A stretch of 64,000 nt of DNA from Myxococcales bacterium. Lineage in GTDB: Bacteria; Myxococcota; Myxococcia; Myxococcales; UBA5297. The stretch is taken from the NCBI GenBank assembly GCA_050942745.1, contig JBMNNX010000005.1, positions 42 through 64,041 of the forward strand. Direction: 5' to 3'. The translations under genes and the position numbers were made by a program. Below, in pieces: positions 57,763 through 64,000 of this stretch (its first letter is position 1; every line of letters begins with the position of its first letter). The notes beneath the pieces are model-generated. The model did not search any database, had not been told where the DNA came from, and was given only the letters and a program-made list of their open reading frames with translations.

Positions 57763-59832
57763 CTACGGACAGCCGAGCTCCTGCTTCATCTCTTTGGCGC
57801 GCTTGAACACGCCGCTTTCCGGGATAGTAATCGCCAGGGCGAAATCCGCGCTCTCGCAGCTTGGCTCCCGCAGGGACCGGCGCGCTTCGCGCTCCATGCC
57901 CGCGAGCTGCAGCAGAACGTCCTGGTTCGACCGGTCGTGTTTGTAGCCCTTGTAGAAGGCATTGAAGGCCTCGTTCAGCTTGCCCTTCTGCAACAGGTCC
58001 CAACCGATCTTGAAGTGGACCTTCGCAAGCTGCGCACCCATGTCCTTGACGAGCGAGCTGCGCAGCTTCGGCGGCACGAGCTTGGCGTCGGCCTCGAAGG
58101 CCTCATTCCAGAAGGCCTCGGCCTTGGCGGCATCGCCAAGCACGATGCCCGCCTGGCCCGACGTGTAGCGACCGTCGATGACGTCGAGCAGCAAGATGAT
58201 GTCGTCGAGGCGATCGGCGTAGATGCGCTTCTTCTTCACGCGCAGGACCTTGAGCTTGTCGGCGACATACTTCGGCCGACCGTCGCGGTAGTACTGAAGC
58301 ATCAGCGCGTGAACCTCGCGTTCGGGAATGCCCTTGGCGACGTAGAACTCCTTGACGAGTGTCTCGGCCCGGTTGCTGTCGTCCTCGATCCGTTTGCCGA
58401 ACTTGGCGTAGGCCTCCGGACAGGTGAAGCTCGTCGGCTTGCCTGCCTGGCGCGCCGATCGCTCGAAGAGCTTCATGATGTCCGGGTCCTCGCCCTCCAC
58501 GTTGCAGGTGACCTCGAGGAAGCGCTTGCACGACTCGTAGGCCTGCACGTACAGGCCCGCCTTGTAGTCGGTCTTGCAAGCGGTCTTCTTGCGCTTGCCG
58601 AGCCGCTCCGAGGCCTCCTTGAACATGGTGTGCGCCCGCCCGAACGCGTTGGAGGAGTCGTCGACCTTCACCAACATGTCGAGCGCCGCGTCTTCCTGCG
58701 AAGTGGAGATCTTGAGCCTGGCCTCGGCGAGCAGCTTCTCGAACTCTATCTCGCGCTTGGCCTGCCTCTCGTACAGCTTGGCCTCGGTCAGGGCTGGATC
58801 GAGCGCGTAGGCCTTGCCGCAGGCCTCGACGGCGTTCTCCCAATTGAACGAGCTGTTCTCCGGGTCCGCGTAGGCCTTGCACTTGCCGAGCAGCTTGATC
58901 GGGTCCTCGGCATCCGGCGGCGCGTCCATCGGGATTCCCTGATCGGTCGGCACCGCCGGCGGGGGGCTGCTCGACAGCGCCACCACGACGACCAGCAGCA
59001 GCACCGCAGCTCCCGCGCCGCCGAGGATCAGCAGCTTCTTGCGCTTCGGGTCGCCGCCGGCTCGCGCCTGGCCCGGGCCGCTGTAGCTCAGCTCGACCAC
59101 GCCGAACCGCAGCACGTCGCCAGGCGCAAGCGAAGCTTCGGTGACCCGCTCGCCGTTGACGAAGGTCCCGTTGGCGCTGCCGAGATCGCGCACCGAGACG
59201 ATGGAGCCAGTCTTGTAGATCTCGGCGTGGCGGCGGCTGATCGAGTCGTCCTCGAGCAGCACGTCGGCCGGGGCCGTGCGGCCGACCACCATGCGCGACC
59301 GGTTGATGTCGAAGACCATGCCCGCCCACGGTCCGTCGAGCCCAGTCAGTTGGGGCCGAGCGCTCGAGCCCTGAGCGCCGCCCGCCTGCGCCACCCGCCG
59401 TGGAGCCGGCCGAGAACGCTTGGCGGGCATCTCGGCGGCCGCCATCATCCGCGTCGCCCGCGCAGGAGCGCTTGCCGACGCGCGCTTCGCCAGAGCGCTG
59501 CTCGGGGCCGAGCGGGTAGTCGTGGGCCTGCGCGCGGTGCGCCGCCGCTCGACGAGCGAGCAATGGACGCCGCCGATGACGATGTCCATGCCCTCGGCGA
59601 TGGGGGTCGCCTCGCCGATGTGCACCCCGTCGACGAGCACGCCGTTCGAGCTGCCCAGGTCCTCGACCCAGGCCTGGCCGTCCTCGGAGACGAAGAACCG
59701 GCAGTGCTGGCGCGAGACCCCCTGCTCGTCGAGCACCACGTCGTTGCCTGCGGAGCGGCCGACGTAGATCTCTGCCCGCAGCTCCACCTGCTGCTCGACG
59801 CCGGCACTGGTGATGAAGGTCAGGGTCGCCAT
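57763..59832 (-). CDS. Double-FHA / TM / periplasmic helical (TPR-like) domain protein (689 aa)
   Basis: FHA1 is IYVGRSAGNDVVLDEQGVSRQHCRFFVSEDGQAWVEDLGSSNGVLVDG. FHA2 is MVVGRTAPADVLLEDDSISRRHAEIYKTGSIVSVRDLGSANGTFVNG. The TM helix is LLILGGAGAAVLLLVVVVAL, followed by a ~400 aa Cys-containing helical ectodomain. Confidence 0.8.
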   Translation of the reverse strand: MATLTFITSAGVEQQVELRAEIYVGRSAGNDVVLDEQGVSRQHCRFFVSEDGQAWVEDLGSSNGVLVDGVHIGEATPIAEGMDIVIGGVHCSLVERRRTARRPTTTRSAPSSALAKRASASAPARATRMMAAAEMPAKRSRPAPRRVAQAGGAQGSSARPQLTGLDGPWAGMVFDINRSRMVVGRTAPADVLLEDDSISRRHAEIYKTGSIVSVRDLGSANGTFVNGERVTEASLAPGDVLRFGVVELSYSGPGQARAGGDPKRKKLLILGGAGAAVLLLVVVVALSSSPPPAVPTDQGIPMDAPPDAEDPIKLLGKCKAYADPENSSFNWENAVEACGKAYALDPALTEAKLYERQAKREIEFEKLLAEARLKISTSQEDAALDMLVKVDDSSNAFGRAHTMFKEASERLGKRKKTACKTDYKAGLYVQAYESCKRFLEVTCNVEGEDPDIMKLFERSARQAGKPTSFTCPEAYAKFGKRIEDDSNRAETLVKEFYVAKGIPEREVHALMLQYYRDGRPKYVADKLKVLRVKKKRIYADRLDDIILLLDVIDGRYTSGQAGIVLGDAAKAEAFWNEAFEADAKLVPPKLRSSLVKDMGAQLAKVHFKIGWDLLQKGKLNEAFNAFYKGYKHDRSNQDVLLQLAGMEREARRSLREPSCESADFALAITIPESGVFKRAKEMKQELGCP

Positions 59833-59860
59833 TTCTGCTCGCTCGACGCGGAGGGTCCGT

Positions 59861-61720
59861 CTACTCCTCGCGGAAGATGTTCATGTTCACCGGGATGCCC
59901 CGCCGCTGCAGGTCGTCGTAGAACCGCGGCACGAAGCCGGTGGCGACGAAGCGACCACGCACCCGGTTGTTGTCGTCGAAGCCCTCCTGCTTGAACTGGA
60001 AGATCTCCTGCATCGTGACGACGTCGATCTCCATGCCGGTCACCTCGGAGATGTAGGTGATCTTGCGGCTTCCGTCGCTGAACCGGGTCTGCTGGACGAG
60101 CAGGTTGACGGCCGAGGCGATCTGCTCGCGGATGGCCTTCAGCGGCAGCTCCATGCCCGACATCAGCACCATCGTCTCCATGCGGGCGACCGCGTCGCGG
60201 GGGTTGTTCGCGTGCAGCGTCGTCAGCGATCCGTCGTGGCCGGTGTTCATCGCCTGCAGCATGTCGAGCGTCTCGCCCGAGCGGCACTCGCCCACCACGA
60301 TGCGGTCGGGGCGCATGCGCAGGCAGTTCTTGACCAGGTCGCGAATGGTGATCTGGCCTTTGCCCTCCAGGTTGGCCGGGCGCGACTCGAGCTGCACCCA
60401 GTGCTCCTGGCTCAGCTGCAGCTCGGCCGCGTCCTCGACGGTGACGATGCGCTCGTCCTCGGGGATGAAGTTGGAGACGATGTTCAGGGTGGTGGTCTTG
60501 CCCGAGCCCGTGCCCCCGGAGATGACGATGTTGCGCCGGGCCTTGACGCACATCTCGAGGAACTCGGCCATCTGCGGGGTGAGGGTCTTGAACTTGATGA
60601 GATCCTGGATCTTCAGCTTCTCTCTCTTGAACTTGCGGATGGTGATGCAGGGCCCCTTGAGCGACAGCGGCGGGATGATGGCGTTGACGCGGCTGCCGTC
60701 CTTGAGGCGCGCATCCACCAGCGGCGACGACTCGTCGATGCGCCGGCCGATGGGGGCGACGATGCGCTCGATGACGCCGAGCACGGCCTGGTTCGAGGAG
60801 AAGGTCTTGTCGGAGAGGACGAGCTTGCCCTTCTTCTCGATGAAAATCTGGGTCGCGTGGTTGACCATGATCTCCGAGATGTCGTCGTCGGCGAGGAACG
60901 CCTCGAGCGGCCCGAGCCCGAGCGCCTCGTTGAGCACGTCGGTGATGAGCTGGTCGCGATCGATGTCGTCCTCGATCTCGCCGTCGGCCTCCATCTGGTC
61001 GATGATGTCGACGATGGACTTCTCGGTGCGCGCCCACAGCTCCTCGTCGCCCAGCTTGTCGATGTCGAGGCGCCGCAGATCCATGTACTCGATGAGCCGG
61101 TCGTGGATCTCCTTCTGCAGCTCGTTGTAGCGCTGCACCGCCGGGTCGATGCGCTTGCCCGAGTCGCGCGCCTTCATGATGTTGCGCTTGGGCGGCGGAG
61201 GCGGCTCCTCCTCTTCCTGCTCCTCGTAGCGCTCGACGGCCGCGCGCGTCGCGGCGGCCGGGCGGCTCGGTAGAGGCCGGTTGGCGAGGGGGGCGGGCCG
61301 GCTGGCCAGCGGGCGCCTGGGCGCGGGTTCGTACTCCTCTTCTTCTTCGTAGGGCTCCTCGTCCTCGTAGTCGCCCCCGCCGGTCTCCTCCTCCGCGTAT
61401 TCGTCGTCGTAGGCCTCCTCCTCCTCGGCCTCGGCAGGGCCGACGGTCAAGATGTAGTCGCCGATGTAGACCTTGTCGGTCGGGCGCACGACCTGGGGAG
61501 CCGAGATGCGCTTGCCGTTGACGTAGGTGCCGTTGGTCGAGCGCAGATCGAGGACAATGAAGCGGCCATCCTTGTAGACGATGCGGCTGTGGTGCTTGCT
61601 GATGTTGCCCTTGGCCAAGACGATGTCGTTGCCCTGGACGCGGCCGATATTGACCTCGGGCTTGTCGAACACCTCGGAGCGACTCCCCCCGCCTTTCTCC
61701 GAGATCGTCACGCAGATCAT
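59861..61720 (-). CDS. cpaF: FHA-domain-fused Tad/Flp-type secretion ATPase (CpaF/TadA family)
   Basis: I trimmed the track ORF to the ATG at 61720, preceded by an AGGAGG ribosome-binding site. The FHA domain is VNIGRVQGNDIVLAKGNISKHHSRIVYKDGRFIVLDLRSTNGTYVNG. An acidic linker follows. The ATPase core has Walker A ISGGTGSGKTTTLN, RIVTVEDAAEL and the His-box NTGHDGSLTTLHAN. Confidence 0.85.
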   Translation of the reverse strand: MICVTISEKGGGSRSEVFDKPEVNIGRVQGNDIVLAKGNISKHHSRIVYKDGRFIVLDLRSTNGTYVNGKRISAPQVVRPTDKVYIGDYILTVGPAEAEEEEAYDDEYAEEETGGGDYEDEEPYEEEEEYEPAPRRPLASRPAPLANRPLPSRPAAATRAAVERYEEQEEEEPPPPPKRNIMKARDSGKRIDPAVQRYNELQKEIHDRLIEYMDLRRLDIDKLGDEELWARTEKSIVDIIDQMEADGEIEDDIDRDQLITDVLNEALGLGPLEAFLADDDISEIMVNHATQIFIEKKGKLVLSDKTFSSNQAVLGVIERIVAPIGRRIDESSPLVDARLKDGSRVNAIIPPLSLKGPCITIRKFKREKLKIQDLIKFKTLTPQMAEFLEMCVKARRNIVISGGTGSGKTTTLNIVSNFIPEDERIVTVEDAAELQLSQEHWVQLESRPANLEGKGQITIRDLVKNCLRMRPDRIVVGECRSGETLDMLQAMNTGHDGSLTTLHANNPRDAVARMETMVLMSGMELPLKAIREQIASAVNLLVQQTRFSDGSRKITYISEVTGMEIDVVTMQEIFQFKQEGFDDNNRVRGRFVATGFVPRFYDDLQRRGIPVNMNIFREE

Positions 61721-61888
61721 GTAGCTCCTCCTGAAACTGCTCCTCGAGGCAGGGTCAATCGGCGGCCGGGCTACCCGGGGCAGGGCAGGTCGGGGGCACC
61801 GCAAGGAAGCACGCCTTCGAGATCATCAATCGGTCAAGTTGCCGCCGTTTTTCGGGGCATCTTACAAGAAGCGGCCGCCCAGCGAAAG

Positions 61889-61906
61889 CCCTTGGAAGTC
61901 CAAGGG
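61889..61906 (-). terminator. Candidate stem-loop between the secretin and ATPase genes
   Basis: Perfect inverted repeat CCCTTGGA/TCCAAGGG (18 nt), 46 nt downstream of the secretin stop. No clear U-tract follows, so it may be an attenuator or processing site rather than a true terminator. Confidence 0.3.
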
Positions 61907-61951
61907 TTGCGTGGGCGGCCGCGGTGGCGCGGGCCTGGGAAGGCCGCGGCG

Positions 61952-63400
61952 CTAGTCGAAGATGCTGTAGGTGACCTCGTCGCGCGCCTGCTTGTAGCGC
62001 TGCTTGATGTCGTCGAGCAGGCGGCGGATGCGCTCGGTGTCCGGGTTGACGATACGCGGGGTAACGAAGATGACCAGCTCGCGCTTGATCCCGGTGAGGA
62101 CGCGGTTCTTGAAGAGCTCGCCGATGATCGGGATGTGGCCGAGCAGCGGGAACTTGGCGACGTTCTTCTGCTCGTCGTGCTCGAAGATGCCGCTCATCAC
62201 GATCGTCTCGCCGTGGCGCACGGTGACGTTGGTCTTGACGCGCCGGGTGCGGAAGCCCGGGATGTTCACGCTAGAGCCGCTGGTCACGCCGATCGAGGAG
62301 TCGACCTCCGAGGCCTCGGCCATGATCTCGGTCTGGATGTTGCCGTGGCGGTCGGCGGTCGGCCGGATCTCGAGCTTGACGCCGAACTCCTTGAACTCGA
62401 CCGAGAACATGTTGTTGGTGAGCAAGGGGATGGGCACCTCGCCGCCGGCCAGGAACTCGGCCTTTTCGCCCGACGCGCACACGAGCTTGGGCTGCGCGAG
62501 CAAGCGCCCGTAGCCGTCGTTGAAGATGAACTGGAAGGCGAAGTCGGAGCCGGCGTTCAACGAGGCGGTGAGCGGCATGCTCGCATGCGCGGAGGTGGCG
62601 AGGTCGGTGATGTAGTCGAACGTCACCGAGCCTTTTCCGGTCAGGTCGAGCGGATACTTGATTCCGAGGTGATCGTCGCCCTTGCGGCGAATCTCCACGA
62701 ACTGCACCTCGGTGAGCACCATGCGCTTGATGCCCACGACGAGCAGGTTCTCGACCTTCTCACCGATAGCCTTGGTGATGAGCTCGGCCTTCTGCATGTC
62801 CTGCTGAGACTCGACCGAGCCCTCGAGGAAGATCGTGGTCCCCACCACGTTCGCCTGCACGTTCTTCAGCCCCGCCCGCTGCAGGGCGGCGTTCAGGTTG
62901 TTGGCGACGAGCTTCTTCGCGTTCGGGGCGACTTTTACGAAGCTCTTCACCTGCGGATAGAGGTTGACGATCTGCTGGACGCGCTCGTGGTCCTCGGTCG
63001 TGTAAGCGTAGCCGTCGAGGTAGATGCGGTCGCCGACCATGCGCACCGTGATGCCTTCGCGGTCGCCGAGCAGCCGCTTGATCTCCTCGATGATCTCGTT
63101 GGGGTCCTTCTTGCGGACGCTGATGAGGTACGACAGGCGCGACCCGTTCGACTTCCAGATGAGCAGCGTCGTACGGCCCTCGGCCTGGCCGACGACGAGC
63201 ACCTGGCTCGAGCCGAGGGGCCTGACGTCCGCGATGGAGGGGTCGCCGATGGCGATGCGCGCGATCCCTGGGACGTTGATGACCTTCTGTGTGCCGACGC
63301 CCAGCGCGATGGTCGAGGAGTCGTCCTGGGCTCGGACGCTGCCGGCGAATGTGAGCACGAGCGCAAGAGCGAGCGCGCGCGGCATCAAGCGGATAGGCAT
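61952..63400 (-). CDS. cpaC: Tad/Flp-type outer-membrane secretin (CpaC/RcpA family, 482 aa)
   Basis: A signal peptide (MPIRLMPRALALALVLTFAGSVRA) precedes the N-terminal pilus-formation/BON-like block IARIAIGDPSIADVRPLGSSQVLVVGQAEGRTTLLIW. The secretin C-domain is PGFRTRRVKTNVTVRHGETIVMSGI...FPLLGHIPIIGELFKNR...ELVIFVTPRIV. Confidence 0.85.
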   Translation of the reverse strand: MPIRLMPRALALALVLTFAGSVRAQDDSSTIALGVGTQKVINVPGIARIAIGDPSIADVRPLGSSQVLVVGQAEGRTTLLIWKSNGSRLSYLISVRKKDPNEIIEEIKRLLGDREGITVRMVGDRIYLDGYAYTTEDHERVQQIVNLYPQVKSFVKVAPNAKKLVANNLNAALQRAGLKNVQANVVGTTIFLEGSVESQQDMQKAELITKAIGEKVENLLVVGIKRMVLTEVQFVEIRRKGDDHLGIKYPLDLTGKGSVTFDYITDLATSAHASMPLTASLNAGSDFAFQFIFNDGYGRLLAQPKLVCASGEKAEFLAGGEVPIPLLTNNMFSVEFKEFGVKLEIRPTADRHGNIQTEIMAEASEVDSSIGVTSGSSVNIPGFRTRRVKTNVTVRHGETIVMSGIFEHDEQKNVAKFPLLGHIPIIGELFKNRVLTGIKRELVIFVTPRIVNPDTERIRRLLDDIKQRYKQARDEVTYSIFD

Positions 63401-63482
63401 CGACTTCTCCCTTTCGAGTGCAGTGCGTCAAACGTGCGTTGCGTCGAGACAGCGTCGGCAATCAGACGCCCGGCCGTAAGGC

Positions 63483-64000
63483 TTACGACGGAATGGGGGG
63501 TTGGCTCAAGTACCACCACACTCCCCAGGCCGTTCCCAAGGCGATGGCGACCCCGTAGGGGATCTTGACACGCTGGAGCGTGTCCTCCTCGCGCCGGGTG
63601 ACGCGGGTCTTCTGTAGCACCCAGCGCCCCATCCCCGAGAGCGTCTTGAGGAGCTTGCCCTGCCACAGCAGCACCACGAGCGCCTCGATCCCGCCGGCAA
63701 TCCCGATGCACATCAGACAAGCCAGGATCATCGGAAAGCCGACCGCGGCGCCAACGGCGGCCACGAGCTTGACGTCCCCCATGCCCATCCCGCCGGGCCG
63801 GGCGAAAAGGTAGAAGAACAGCCCGCCCACCGCCGTGCCGAGCAGGCCGCTCGCGAGCCCCTCGCCGCCGAAGGAGCCCCACCCCTCAAATACCGTCCTC
63901 AGCGCGAGTGATAGGAGCAGCGTCGGGAAGGTGACGACGTTCTTGATCGTCCGCGTGCGCAGGTCGGTGACGACCGAGATGGCGAGCGCCAAGCCGATGA
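63483..64000 (-). CDS. cpaA: Prepilin peptidase, A24 family (CpaA/TadV-like); 5' end may lie beyond the window
   Basis: Polytopic membrane protein with VVTDLRTRTIKN and GMGMGDVKLVAAVGAAVGFP, the two Asp-containing active-site blocks. The track start at 63992 is a TTG and the reading frame stays open to the window edge. Confidence 0.75.
   Translation of the reverse strand, partial: IGLALAISVVTDLRTRTIKNVVTFPTLLLSLALRTVFEGWGSFGGEGLASGLLGTAVGGLFFYLFARPGGMGMGDVKLVAAVGAAVGFPMILACLMCIGIAGGIEALVVLLWQGKLLKTLSGMGRWVLQKTRVTRREEDTLQRVKIPYGVAIALGTAWGVWWYLSQPPIPS

Noticed and set aside
57262-59994. A 910 aa plus-strand ORF overlapping the 3' end of the MshEN gene and antisense to the double-FHA gene.
   Set aside because: Its composition is Arg/Ala/Gly/Leu-rich and it has no motifs. 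The minus strand encodes two textbook FHA domains plus a TM helix.

Overview
This is a GC-rich bacterial chromosome segment. I infer a myxobacterial (Myxococcota) origin from gene content: three eukaryote-like Ser/Thr kinases with PEGA ectodomains, five FHA domains, a complete Glt/Nfs-type envelope-complex operon and a Tad/Kil-like secretin-ATPase locus. I call 43 protein-coding genes, 39 on the minus strand. They are tightly packed, with several ATGA/GTGA-type overlaps.

Gene order, left to right:
- an XRE regulator, lptD, and a ribbon-helix-helix::FHA protein;
- two translationally coupled beta-propeller-like lipoproteins;
- a ccsA-like / hemA / hemC / cobA-hemD operon;
- several small proteins, including a sigma-region-4 protein and a MerR-like protein;
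- a ~1.4 kb stretch with no convincing ORF;
- two receptor Ser/Thr kinases;
- an eight-gene gltA-H/nfsA-H-like operon, preceded on the same strand by a Cys-rich VWA lipoprotein, a 78-cysteine repeat lipoprotein and an orphan rplC;
- a PEGA-kinase plus TPR-PEGA-TonB-dependent-receptor pair;
- divIVA, a DUF167 gene and an MA-type peptidase;
- a 740 bp convergent intergenic region carrying a degenerate 22 bp array;
- a cNMP-binding protein plus a GAF histidine kinase, then polA;
- a 1571 aa MshEN-domain (predicted c-di-GMP receptor) protein with 17 in-frame 27 bp repeats;
- a cpaA / cpaC / FHA::cpaF / 2xFHA locus that runs off the right edge.

I recognised no rRNA, tRNA, CRISPR array, transposase or integrase.

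Caveats: all functional calls rest on motif recognition in the supplied translations, with no database search. Many long ORFs in the track are antisense shadows typical of high-GC DNA. Some track ORFs begin with GTG or TTG that the track renders as M.
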